From positions 806,001 to 870,000 of the forward strand of contig RSEE01000003.1 of the NCBI GenBank assembly GCA_003971905.1: DNA of 64,000 nt, given 5' to 3'. The stretch comes from Moniliella sp. 'wahieum' (lineage: Eukaryota). The translations under genes were made by a program, and so were the position numbers. Every line of letters starts with the position of its first letter. The first letter of the stretch is position 1. Under the pieces are notes generated by a model. The model made no database searches and had not been told where the DNA came from. It saw nothing but the letters and a program-made list of their open reading frames with translations. Below are positions 1 to 12,429 of the stretch, in pieces.

Positions 1-1444
1 TTCTCGGTGATATATCATGCATCATACACATCATGCAACCATGCATCATGCGACATAGCATGCACAGGATGCATGATGAATGATCGACAGGGACTGTCAC
101 AGTTTGGCTGAATCAGCGGGAGCTCTCAGACTGAGCTCTCCGACCCCGGAGCTCCCACTTCCACTTCCTGTCTCGAGCGCCTGGCTCTTTTCCTGTTATT
201 CTGCTTCGCGCCGTGTCCTCGGCGCTCGCTTCTTCCCCACGAACGCTTGCTACATTCCCTTCCCTTGTCTCGGCTCTCGTCCCCCTCGTTTAGAGCTCGC
301 GTAGCGCTGAGCCCCGACTGTGACAGGTATAGATGACCATCGATGAGGTGGAACACCGGCGCTTGGCCAGCCACCCTTATCAGTGATGTCTGGCCATGAT
401 CGGTGAAGCCAAGACCAATAGAGACTGTGCTCTTGCCAGGAATATGGCGAATGCGGGGAAGGGAGATTCCGACACTGCCTCCAAGCCGGGTGGGTTAGCG
501 GCATGGAACACACTTCCCCTGTGCACATAGCCAGACACACTCGGTCCCCATTACTCAGTCTTCAAGCTTCACCTCAGTCCTTAGGTCTTATTAGGTCTTC
601 ATACTCGCTGTGTGTTGGAGGGTACCCTGGAGAGGAACAGTATGACATTCCGATGCGCCTGAAAAAACCAATCCACACGCAGTACAGTATAGGTGAACCC
701 TACGGATGAAGAGCGATTCTCGGCAACGAGATGCGGTTCTCCTTAATGGACCTTGAAGCTTGAACTCATTACGCGCACATGTTTCTCGCAAATGATATAG
801 ATGGCTCCCTTAGGCATGTGCATGATGACTTGGATGTGATTGATCTGCATGGTGGATACCGAGGTAATCTTACGCTGCCGCCTCACTCAGGGAGAGTCGG
901 GACAGCTGCACTTGAGCCATACCAGATACCAGGGCATACCATTGGGACACCAAGGAGAGGAGAGAACAATCGTATCCTTTCCCATCATGCATCATCTGCA
1001 TCACATATCACACAAAATGCCAAGCCTCAGCAGGACTGTTTTTACAAGGCATGACTGTGCCTGCCCTCGATCATCCTCGGCCCGAGGGAACTACCTCGTA
1101 CCTAACACGTAACAACAGAGCACTTCGTTAAGCCCACAGGATCACAAGATATAGAGATGAATCATTAATCATCATAATATGCCAACTACATCCATAGTGC
1201 TCTTTCTTGTTCCGAAAGCACATCCGACGAGGAGCTACAGAGAGAGACGCAGTTATATATATAATGCTCTCCCTTGCCGTGTAAGTTCGGTTATACCCGC
1301 GCCCTCTTCCTTTCTTGTCCACCTCTTTTGAACAACCCCACTTTACCCTTCTCCCAACACACTCTCTTTCCTGCTTCGCTGGAAGCACCGTACCCGCACA
1401 CTCTTTTCCCTACACGCTCTTTGACACGCATACACGTTTTCTCT

Positions 1445-3000
1445 ATGCGCGCTTTTCTCTCCTCCCGTTGCTTGCGGGCGTGATTCTATCATCACTGGGC
1501 TTCGCGGATGCATCCTCCATGACCAAGAGAGGTGTGTCGCGCGCAAATCGGCACAATTTCCTAAACCCACGGGATGATTACCCTCCACCACTGCAAGACC
1601 CCTTCTATCATCGCCCGCACAACCTGAGCCAGTACCATCCCGGTGACGTTATTCGTTCCCGCAAGATCATTCCCACCATGATGGGGATTGAAGGTAAGGT
1701 CGGAGACACCTACCAGATCTTTTACCGTACCACCAACGCCGACGGTCACCCGTCTTCGACGGTCACTACCGTTATCCGCCCCAAGCAAGGCGGGCCTCCC
1801 AAGATGCTGTCTTACCATCTTTGGGAGGATGCTGCTCAACGCGACTGTGCCCCTTCCTACACTGTTCTCAAAGGAAACGCCTCCCCAACGTGAAGGTTGT
1901 CGGTATGTTCTTCTTCCCAGGCCCTTAAATTTAACCTGCTCTTATTCGATTCTGACCTCGACCAAACACGGTTCGTTTACGCATCAACAGGGGATGACGT
2001 GCCCATTTGGTTCCAGTTCCTGCTTTCGCATGGGATCTCGGTAGTAGTGCCCGACTACGAAGGTCCCAAATCAGCTCTCTTCGGAGGATTCACAGCAGGC
2101 TATGCCATTCTCGACTCGGCCCGTGCTGTGCGCAACTTACTCAACTGGCCCGTCGATGCCGAGGTGGCCATGACCGGCTACTCTGAGGGCGCTCATGTCA
2201 CAGCATGGGCGGCGAACTTGGCGCCGAGTTATGCTTCCGACGTGAACATTGTCGGTGTCACCCATGGTGGCACTCCGATCGACATGGAGCTCACCCTACG
2301 CCACTTTGACGGCACCTCCTTCTCGGGCTTTACCGTTGGTGGCATTCATGGCATGATGGCCGCATACAAGAAATTCAAGAACGCCATCAACCGTGTAGCT
2401 CAGCCGGAGCTTCTCGACGACCTCAACGCCATCACCCATCCCCCTGTTTGCCACGCTATCCTTCGTGGCCCCCTTTACTCTAACAAGCCCTACATGTCGA
2501 TGCTCAACATTCCGGACGGTAAATCGCCGTATGAATGGGGACCAATCCGCCACGTTCTTAACCGTGAAACTCTTTGGAACAACAAATCCTCCGTCGGAGT
2601 TGGCTACCCAACTTTTCCTCGCATGATTTACCATGGCGACCGAGACGACGTGATCAACTTTGATGCGGTCAAGGCCTACGTCGAACAACAGTGTGCTCAC
2701 GGTGCCAACATTCAATTCAACGTGTACAGCGCCAACGCTCATACGGCGCCCCAGCTGGTGATCGGCGGCGACTTGAATGCCATGCGCTTTGTTCTTGAAG
2801 TCTTCCAAATCAACGGACACAAGTTCAAAAAGGGTGTCTGTGGCTTCCCTTCCCCGACTCTTCTTAATTTGGGTACCTGGGCGGTCGACGCCATCTTGGG
2901 AGGCGACATTGTCCAAGCATTTGCTGGACTTTCTGGTCAACTCTCTTCCTTCCGGAATATTGGATTTGGCGCGCACGTCAACAAGACCAACCAAGTTTAA
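1445..3000 (+). CDS. Secretory lipase (LIP family, Candida antarctica lipase A-like), 1 intron
   Basis: Signal-peptide-like N-terminus (SLLPLLAGVILSSLGFADA); family motifs DPFY, QIFYRTT, WEDAAQRDCAPSY, VVVPDYEG, nucleophile elbow GYSEG, YHGDRDDV (Asp) and AHT (His). Intron 1903-1990 (GTATGT...CTGAC...CAG). Needs 1-bp corrections near 1452 and 1885 to read ...GNASPNVKVVG|DDVPIWF. Confidence 0.9.
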
Positions 3001-3362
3001 GTTTAGGTCGAGTGCATCTACGTTTTCCCTTTTCTCTTCATCTTTTTGTTAGAAGTGCCACACTCTGTGGTATGAGCTATTGGTATATGCTCAGTATTTG
3101 CTTTTTTGCTGTTGGTGTGGCTCTTCCCTCGTCAAGGGTCGCCTCTGATTACTTGTTAACCCCTGGCGGGTTGTGCATATGAGTAGTAATAAGCATGTGT
3201 CTTACATATAATGGTGTTTTTACATACAGCATTCTCGTTCTCCTTTCTCACTTCATCAGCTTCATCCGACGTGAGTAGTTAGGCGCACCAGATACTACAG
3301 ATCGGAGATGCCTACGAAAGAAATACCAAATCCAAGTCTAAGTATGCTTACAGAAGCTCGAA

Positions 3363-3445
3363 GGTTCCATATTGTAGTTGGTTAGCAAGTAGGATTCTGA
3401 CTCTGTCGTATTCCTGAAACCTGGGTTCGAATCCCAGTGGGACCT
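3363..3445 (+). tRNA. tRNA-Gln(CTG) with 10-nt intron (3401-3410)
   Basis: Acceptor stem GGTTCCA/TGGGACC, anticodon stem TAGGA/TCCTG with loop TT-CTG-A, T-arm CTGGG-TTCGAAT-CCCAG, followed by a T-run Pol III terminator. Confidence 0.93.
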
Positions 3446-3617
3446 ATCATTTTGTTTTTTTCCAAGAACGGCCATCTGCGACTCGACCCTGTATTGACAT
3501 CAATCAGTGCCTTTTTCCACAGTTGGCTCGCGTTTCTACATCGAGTTCAGAGCTCAGAGAGCAATTAGCACACTCTGCTGCCCACCATACACCCCAAGGC
3601 TTGTAGAGCAACTGCAA

Positions 3618-5165
3618 TTAGCACCAACAAAGGGCAAGGTTACAGGCCAAATCCAATCCCCTTCTCAGCCCACAGCTTGTCCAGGAGCACCAACCTCGCA
3701 GGCACTTCCTGCAGTGTAGCCAGATCGACATTGGCCACCGAAAAGCGAAGACGATCCTTTGGGTCGTCTTCAGTCCAGTCCTTACGCGGTGTGGGCTTAC
3801 CCACCAGAGTGGGAGCCTCGACTGCCGTGGGGGCATGAAGAATGCACCCGGAAGGGTCTTGACACCCACCAAGGTAGCCAAAGCCCTCGCGACCGATTCC
3901 GAGTCAAGGAACTTGGCCCAGGGATGGCGCACGTAGGCATAGTATCCGCCCGATGACTCTACCCCGCCCATTTTCCGGGGGTCGAGTGAACCTCCAACTC
4001 CTCCAGGGCACGCGCGAAAGTTTCTCGTCGCACCTGGATCGCCGCTGCCTCCTCAGCCCGCCATCGGATCAGCTCTGCATCCGCTAACGCCCAGGCCACC
4101 ACATCTTGTGTCGACCCGACAGGCGGACAGATCTGAAGATCATCCACCACCTTGGCCACGGGGCCGTAGGTGAGGATAGTGGATTGCTGGTCGGGGGAGA
4201 GAATATCCTTGGTAGGGTCAATTGGGCGATCAACGGTGGCCATGAGAGATGGGTGGGCTACCAGTGCACCCAACCGATGACCAGGAATGGCAAATGACTT
4301 GCTAAAGGAGATCAGTTGTACCACAGCTGTAGGTCCTGGGTTAGTAGGGAACACGCGACAAAAAACAGTAGACGTACTCTCTCGCCAATCCCATTCGTCT
4401 GAGCCTTGGCCAGGAAGCGTGTCTTGAAAGAGAGTGTGTGGCGTAGCACGGTGCCGCTGTCCCTCTCCCACTTGAGGGGCAAGAAGGAAATCCTTGTAGG
4501 TCTCATCCAGGATGAGGGCAATGCTTCCTCTCGTGCCAATAGAGCCAGCTGGGCGAGGAGCGAAGCAGAGTACACCGCGCCTGTGGGGTTGTTGGGTGTA
4601 ACAATCACCAACGCTTTAGGTGCTGTGCCCTCTGCGCGGGCGGTAGCCAGGGCCTGCTTCACGGCAGCAGGGTCGACCTCGAACCCTGGAGCGTGTGTGG
4701 CAACGGGGATGGCGGCGATGCCCAAAGCGGTTAGAGTCATGTAGTGGTTGAAGTACCAGGGTGGGGCAGCAGGATGCCATCGCCGCGCGCAGCCAGAACC
4801 TGGGCAATCGTGGCAAACGCCAAGTTGGAGCCAGCAGTGATGCAAATGTCCTCGACCTTGATGGCTTGCTTGGCATCGACGACGGAGTGCGGGCGGTAGA
4901 CGTGGTTCAGGTCGCGTGCCAAAGCTTGTCGCAAGAGGGGGGCACCAAAGTTGTCGCCATACCCCCAGTCAATAGGCTGCCGCTGAAGGCGGGCAACAAA
5001 GGAGGCAGGCGGGGCGACACCAGGCACGCCTTGGCTGAGGTTAATGAGCGGGCGGTGGGGCTGGGGCGCGGCAGGGCGGGGATAGGCCCAACTGCGCGCG
5101 ACGCTCACCGGCGGCTCGATCGTGCCGTCTACAACGAGCGGGTTGAGGGCGTAGCGGGGCGGCAT
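3618..5165 (-). CDS. PLP-dependent aminotransferase class I/II (frameshifted in assembly)
   Basis: Consecutive frames give INLSQGVPG, YGDNFGAPLLRQALA, ITAGSNLAF, PWYFNH, VTPNNPTGAVY, SFSKSFAIPGHRLG (PLP lysine) and GGYYAYVRHP. No intron seen. The 3' end is approximate. Confidence 0.88.
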
Positions 5166-5407
5166 CCTGGCAATTGATCGGTGGCGATAAGGGTTGAACT
5201 TCAACACTCCCTGCAAGCTGAACGTTCAGGCTGAACGCCGGCCGGACCCAACGAAGAGATGGTGTGATGGCGATCGTTGAGCGTTCCAAATCACTGCTCT
5301 GTCCAGGTGCACAACACGCTGGCCAACGATAGGCCAGCCGAGACGGATAAGAATTTGATTACGGAATTAACTTGGCCAACCAATTGACTAGCTGACTCGA
5401 GGCGGCG

Positions 5408-8386
5408 ATGTCGTCCGTTCGTACCGCCATCTTTGACCTGCCCGACTCGACCGCCATGGCACTTGTCCATTCGATTGGCCACAGCAGCTCTTCGGTCCTG
5501 TCGCTCGCTGTCGATGCGTCGCTTGGCCGCGTCTTTACCGGCACGCAGGCCCATTGCATCTTTGTCTGGCGCCTCGGCACATACGAGCTGATCGCCCGTC
5601 TTCATGGTCACACGGCCGCCGTACTTGCGCTTGCCTCGTCCGAGCCCGCCAGCAGAGTTGAGGACAGTGCGCCTGTGGCAGCCTCAGCTCCAGCATCCTC
5701 TTCATCCGCACGCCATTGGCTTTTCAGTTCGAGCGGGGACAACACAGTGCGGATCTGGTGCGCACGCACCCTCGTCCCGCTCTATGTCGTGCACCCCTGC
5801 GACGACAATGTGGGCGATATCTACGCGCTGCGCTGGTGTGAACCAATGGAGATGCTTTTTCTCGGATGCCAAAATACGTCGATCCACTGGATCCAATTCC
5901 AGGGCGTGCACAAACAACTTGACCGCACCGCGTCTGCCACTGAGCCCCACGGGCCCATCAAGGAGGAAGAGCTGGCACTCTCCCAGCCCCGTGCGGGCAG
6001 CCCTTCGCCCAACGTGGGTCTTCCTGAACGCCGTCCGAACAAGTTCTTCGATTCCCAACCCCCTTCGCCTCCTGTACATCCGGTCGCGTCTCCAAATGCA
6101 CCTGCTCCCCAAGCGTTGCGCCTCGCCCATGAATCTATGATCCCCGCCGCTCACATGGGGTACATCTACACTCTCGACCTCATTCGTCGGGCGAGGGGGA
6201 CTGGATTCTGGTCTCTGGTTCTGGCGACGAGCAAGTTAAGCTTTGGGCGGTCTTGCCACCCACGCCGGCTCACCCTTGGGGCGGGCTGGAGTACCTACAC
6301 ACCCTGTTTGTGCCTGCTCAGCCCCCAGAGGATGACCGGGCAGTACTAGCCTTGGCTTCGTGGACACCTGCACCCGATCCAACCGGCAAGCAGAGTGGGA
6401 CAACAACTCTCTTTGCTGCTCGTCAAGGTGGGAAAGTGGACGTTTGGGATCTCGAGACGCGTACCTTGATTCGTTCTTTGCCTGCCGGCGCCAATGGAAG
6501 CGACGTACTTGCTCTCACCGCTGCACCCCCGGGTGTGGAGCATACGCCAAGTACAGCCGCTGCCGCTGGGGTTTATGCCGCTTCAGCAGACGGATGGGTG
6601 CGGCATTTGACCCCCGCTTCCGGTTGGTGGGAGCATGGAAGGCGCACGAAGGCACCGTACTTTGCGCGGATCTGGTCCTGCCCACTGGCCACATTCCCCC
6701 ACTCCTTCTGACGGGAGGAGACGATTCTCTTTTGAAAGTCTGGCTTCCCGTCAGTCCCATAGCAGCCGAGGGGGAGCGGCCCCGTGTTTGGAAGCCCGAC
6801 ATGCCTCTTGCTGCCGAGCAAGACAGCCAGGAGTACCGTGACCTCCAGCTGACACACTCGCTAGCGGCGTTTGTTGCCTTCCCTCCGTGTCACATGGAGC
6901 GACTCACCATGGTACTTGCGTCGGCGGGGAGGACAAGGCGTCAAGTCCTTCGTCGGCCCCAGGGGACTCGACTGAAGCGTGCCGCCAAGCTGCCTTGTGG
7001 CTCAAGTCGCTCCTCGCTGACTTGGGGGCAAGCGGCGCCCGTCTTGTCTCTGCCGGGAGGGGCAGGAACCCTGTGGTGCTCGCCATCTTCCGAGCCAACA
7101 AGCCTGGCATTGCTAATCCACGCCGCATCCTCTACTATGGACACTACGATGTCATCTCGGCGCCGCACCGTGGCGCCGGAGGCTGGAGTTCCGATCCGTT
7201 CCAATTGCGTGGGGCTGATGGATACTTCTACGCCCGTGGAGCCAGCGACAACAAAGGTCCCATCTTGGCCACCATCTACGCCGCAGCAGCCATGGTCGCC
7301 ACCAAGTCTCTTCCCGTCGATGTGGTAGTCTGTGTGGAGGGCGAGGAGGAACGTGGTTCTCCGGGGCTGCAGGAAGCCGTCCGGTCCGTTAAAGACCAAG
7401 TGGGCCAAATCGTATGTCCCTCTTTTCATATCGGTTGACCGCCGCTGACCCATTTTCAAAGGACGTGATCTTGCTCGCCAATTCGTATTGGCTTGGGGAG
7501 GATTTACCCTGCCTTACGGTCGGCTTGCGTGGCGTGATCCAGGCCAGTCTTTGCATAGAAGGCCGCCGGCCGGACGTACACTCAGGTGTCGAGGGGGTGC
7601 CGTGCGGGAACCCATGATCGACATGATCAGTCTTTTGGCCAAGACGACCTCAGGTTCAGAGGTGGCCGTGCCCGGGTTTTACGACCACGTTCGTCCTGTA
7701 AGCAAGGAAGAAGCAGCGCACTACGCCTCGATTGCTGCGTTGGTCCGTGCCTCTACGCCCGCTGCACCACAGCCTCTCCCGATCCTTCGCATGAACCTCA
7801 ACCGCGCCGCGCTACCGCCCACAACGTGGTAGCTAGCGACCTGGTTGCGCGCTGGCGTTCGCCCACGCTCTCAGTCCACTCCCTCACTGCCTCCGGGCCT
7901 AACAACAACACTGTCATCCCCAACCGTGTACGGGCGAGTGTGTCAGTCCGTCTTGTTCCGGACCAATCGCTGCCTAAGATTGTCGAGGCCTTGACGCAGT
8001 TCTGGCATGACCAGTTTCTCGCACTCCATTCTCCCAACCACCTGGCCATCCAGGTGGACCACACGGCCGATTGGTGGGATGCCCAAACCGATTCGCCTTA
8101 CTTTGTTGCGCTTCGACAGGCGGTGGGAGACGTATGGCACCCTGCGAAACAAGCCGATGGTCTGTCGGTGCCCGTGGCCATTCGCGAGGGTGGCTCGATC
8201 CCGGCCATTGCGATGTTGGAGAACGAGTTGGGAGCAACGGCGGTTCATCTTCCCATGGGCCAAGCTTCCGATGCTGCCCACCTAGCCGACGAGCGCATCC
8301 GCATCCTCAACCTATTCAATGGCCGCGAGTGGTGGCGCGCTTCTTTGACTTGGCCTCTGCGCAGTAATTCTCATCAGGCTCTTTAA
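5408..8386 (+). CDS. DUG2: WD40 repeats plus M20 peptidase domain, glutathione degradation protein Dug2
   Basis: N-terminal WD40 repeats (LHGHTAAVLAL, LFSSSGDNTVRIW, LLTGGDDSLLKVW), then M20 motifs YYGHYDV, YARGASDNKGP, VEGEEERGS, DVHSGVEGG, IREGGSIP, HLPMGQASDAAHLADER. Intron 7412-7461. The WD40-M20 fusion is the established Dug2 architecture. Confidence 0.9.
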
Positions 8387-8880
8387 AGTGACCTCCAAAA
8401 GTACATTCTGTTGTGCCTTTTCCTCTTCATCTTCCATTTCTACTTGACCAATAACATATGTTACGTTCCACAAGTCTGTGGGGCCCGGTGACGCAGTGAC
8501 GGGATCTAGGATAGTGGATCATGCAGGCCATAGTGTGAATGTATTTGAGTATTGAAGCTGTATAGGCACTGATAGAGACAGAGTCGATGAAACTGGAAGC
8601 TTGAAGCGCGAACATGTGGGCTTGGGCATGGGAGAGCCAAAGGCGTTTACTCACCAATTGCGAGCATGCGCAATAGCTGTCGTGCATTCTACAGCACGTC
8701 CTGTGGTGGAGGCTAGTATGGCGGAGACTGGCGTTCAGCTTGCTCAGTGGCAGTGTTGCGGATTTTCATCTGTTTCCTTTGGGCCATGGAATATGAACTG
8801 CCCATTCTTCTTTACGGCTTTGATAAGGAGATGATGAATACCGCGCGGGGATATACATGCAACGCTACCTCATGCCTTCA

Positions 8881-9840
8881 TTACCTTCCGCGGTTAAAGT
8901 TGATGGAATACCCGCCACCTTCCTAAGGACAAATCAGTGAGGGTCAGTACTCAGTACCGCGCGCACAAACAGCGTTTCCGTCCTGAGAGTAGTAGGTACC
9001 TGTTGCTCAAAGCCAAAGTCCTTGGTAGAAAAGCCAAAAGGGTTGAGGAACGCATTGGCGGTATCACTCAGTGCTTGCAAGCCCAGCTTTTTCATTCGCT
9101 CCGTCTCCTCTTGCAACGCTTTTTGGGCGCGTGCATCAACTTGTTGCTTAGCTGCCTGCCATTGCACCTTGCTGGCAGGTGTGACCAAAGGCGGGTCATC
9201 GGGCAAAGAACACAGTTTTTCGTAATCTGCATGAGCATCCATATTGGGTCAGAACAAAGCTAGCCAGACCAGACCGAATCAGGCGATCATACCGGCTCGA
9301 GCCTCGTTCAGTTCGGTTAAGCCACCAATTTGCTCGCACGCAGTCGCCCGTCGGTAGAGCGCCTTGACATACAGCGGCTTGTCCTGTAAAGCTGTAGGTG
9401 GCCCCATCCCACCATCGTCAGTCAATATTCAATGACCACGAAAGAGGAGAAGGGATAGTTACCATTCGTGGCAGCCTCTCTCGCCTCGACCCACTGCTTG
9501 GCACCCGAGCTGCAGCAGCCATGTTGGCATACAACGTGGCCCGGAGGTCGCGCGTCGCAGCATCATCGCTCTCTGACCGCACAGGGAGAGCCGCAATCGC
9601 ATCCAAGTACTCCGATTGAGCTTCCGAGTAGAGGCGTTTCTTGAACAGAGAATCAGCGCGTTGTTTGTGTTGCTGGGACTGGGATTGGGATTGGGATTGG
9701 GGTTGGGCGTCAGTGGCGCTGGCGGGCGGCTCGGGGGCAGCGGGGGAGAGGGAGGTGTCTGTGGGCTGGTGGACTTGGGCTGAAACGGGAGGGCGGGGAC
9801 TGGGCTCTGCGTTTGCAGGCGGAGAGGGGGCAGACGCCAT
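8881..9840 (-). CDS. Tetratricopeptide repeat protein, TTC1/TPR1-like
   Basis: TPR helices (HKQRADSLFKKRLYSEAQSEY; LYANMAAA; YVKALYRRA) and the TTC1-type C-terminus ANAFLNPFGFSTKDFGFEQQ|EGGGYSINFNRGR*. Last intron 8923-8999; further introns likely near 9245-9290 and 9390-9460. A (GGGATT)n repeat at about 9675-9705 encodes a QS tract. Confidence 0.8.
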
Positions 9841-10197
9841 GGCGACAGGCCGGACGGTGGCGTAAGGATGAAAAGCGGTGGCGGTGGCGGAGAGGCTGAG
9901 GAGGGCGCTGTGCGCTGCGATGCTGGAGACGATGGGATGGCCCGCCAGGCTAATTTAAGCTGGTTCGCTGCGTGTTCGAGCAGCTTCCCTCCTGCCAGGC
10001 GGAATCATTAATCAAGCGCCGCCGGCTGCCGACAGCAATTTCAACTTTCATGCCCCGCTTTGGTCCGCAACGCTAGTCTTGCTGCTTTCCCTCCAGTGGG
10101 GCAGGTGGGAACGCTGCCTCATCCATAGCCATTGGCACCCCCTCTCTATCCAGTTCGTTGATGCCCCTTCTCCCAGGCAAGAAGCCCCTGCCTCAGT

Positions 10198-10650
10198 GCT
10201 GAAAGAGCACCTACGCCTTCACTGGCCCGCCTATGCTGCTGTGGCCGGCTGTGTGACCTTAGCAGGTCTCTATCGTGAGACCCTACTCCCAAACAGAGGG
10301 GGCCCGGGGGCTTGCCACTTCATCCCCAGCCACCTCAGTACGTTCCAAGGTGCAGGGGGGTGGGCACAAGATTGTCACCGCCCTCGCATCCGATGAGGTG
10401 GACAGTGTGCTGCGTGCCCATGAGCGGTTACATTGAATAAAAGCAAGGGCACAATGCCCGTCCCCCGCGGCCAAAGCCAACAGATTTGTTTTACTTTGCC
10501 GACGACAACCTGTCGACGCATCTGATTGGCAATGCGTTGGGAGGTGCACAGCGGGTTCGGGTGGCCGGGCTGCTGGCCATTCTGTCCCCCGAGTCGTGCC
10601 GGTACCGGGACGATATGACGGTCAACGTCATTCTTCTCCATGACGAGCTC
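10198..10650 (+). pseudogene. Internally deleted relic of mitochondrial PP2C pyruvate dehydrogenase phosphatase (PTC5/PDP-like)
   Basis: N-terminal-type segment KIVTALASDEVDSVLRAHE (10368-10424) lies about 75 bp from the C-terminal signature DDNLSTHLIGNALGG...LLAILSPESCRYRDDMTVNVIL (10501-10638). The PP2C core is absent and there is an in-frame stop at 10434. Confidence 0.7.
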
Positions 10651-12253
10651 CTTGCCCTGCCGGGGCGGCAGACGCCTGAGCTGAAGCATAACCCCAGCTT
10701 GAAGTGCTGTAATTCTACTCTGCTGGTGTTTTGGTCCGCTGCCAATCAGTCACACACCGCAACCGGTCGCCCATGGCCAGGGCGATGGAATGGCTGTCGG
10801 TGGGGCGCCGCTGGCGGCCCCATACGCATGCGTCGATCTAGGTCGATCTTTCTGTTTCTGGTAATTGGAGCCAAGCGTTTCGCATCGCTTTGATGGCTGC
10901 AGGAAGCTTGAGCGTTTGGTTTATCAGCTGGCTCGACTGTTCCATGCTCTTGGTTCCCTATCTTACTGCTTACTAGTAGTAGTTAGTGTGGGTACCGGGT
11001 ACCGCTGCGGGTGTTGAGATGCGTGTGTGACGTGTGAGACGTGTGAGCTGCTGACGCACTGATGCAGCATGGACGGGATGGGTGGCCGGTGGTTGGGTGG
11101 GGTGGTGTGGAGGAGTGGCCAGTGTGCACCAACAAGCTCACGCCAGCTGTGTGTCGTGTTCAACGCGTCAACGTTCAACCCACGCACTGGTCGACCTAGG
11201 AGAATATCGATAGCCTCTGCTCTCCAGAACTCCGATTGCGGACGAAGTACAATGTGCTTGTGCTACTTTTCTATCTGCGCTCTCTCAGCTCTATCTCGGA
11301 AGGGGGGTTCGCACCCGCTCGCACTCGTTGGGAGCGTGTGAGATGTAGGACCTGGATATGCTCCCGACGGGCCCTGGAAGCTGAGTGCTTCAGCACGGTC
11401 CTCCTACTCCTCCGCAGCTGGCAGCAACCTTTCGTGGGACTCAGCCGGACCACGAAGAGTCACGTGACATGTGACGGGCAGCCGCGGCACATCTACTCGA
11501 GCGGGTGACACAGGTGACGTTCCACCTGTCACCATGTCACACGTCACCGGAAGGCGTGGTGCGGGTCATCAAACATCGACCATCTGGATCATCGACCAGA
11601 TGAGGATGGGCACCAGGAATGCCAGGCTGGCATCAGAGCGCACAGGAATGGAAGATGGAGAGACCAGGTGGTTTGAATGGGGCTTTGCGGGCGGTGCTGA
11701 GACGGTGTGGTGCTGGCTTGGCAGTGCGCGCCAGACGAGGGCAGACGGGAGAGAGAAAAAGGTCGCGGGCAGGCTGCGATCTCGGACTGAGATGTGTTTG
11801 GAATTGCAGAGGAGGCTGGCTGTTCTTCGCCTGGTCACGCATGGCACGTTAGGCGCATTACGCAGTGCGCGCGTGTGCCTGGCTGCCGCAGGCGCCGGCC
11901 CGTCGGGGAGTGTGCGACGGCGATTGCACATAGCCCCAGCGTTGGCCGCCAGCCACAGGCGCGAGGCAGCAGCACCGCACCCGTCTGCTCGCCCCGGCGT
12001 CTGCCGAGCCAAGCACGCAGGCAGTCGCAGTGGCCGGTGACGACGGGATTGTCGGCGACTGGTGGGCGCCTGGTGGGCACGGCCCAGTCGCGGTGTGCTA
12101 CGGCGAAGATGCAATGTTCAAATGCTGCATCATGCATCAGCCCGTCGCTGCACGCGAGTCACTAAAAAAAGGACAGCGTCGCCTGCACTCACGCTGTGCT
12201 CACCTCACCCTCACGCCCAGCTGAGCACTCACCAGCACCAGCTGCCTCTCGTC

Positions 12254-12322
12254 CACTCCACTCCACTCCACTCCACTCCACGCCGCCTCCTCCTCCTCTT
12301 CCTCTCCTCCTCTTCCTCCTCC

Positions 12323-12353
<31 letters not shown>

Positions 12354-12398
12354 CTCTCTCCTCCTCCTCCTCCCCCCCCTCCCCCCCCCTTCCCTCCC
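12254..12398. repeat. Polypyrimidine microsatellite tract (CTCCA)n / (CTC)n
   Basis: Directly visible; lies immediately upstream of the ATG at 12430. Confidence 0.9.
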
Positions 12399-12429
12399 AG
12401 ACGATGACGCGGCGCATATCCTAGCTGCC

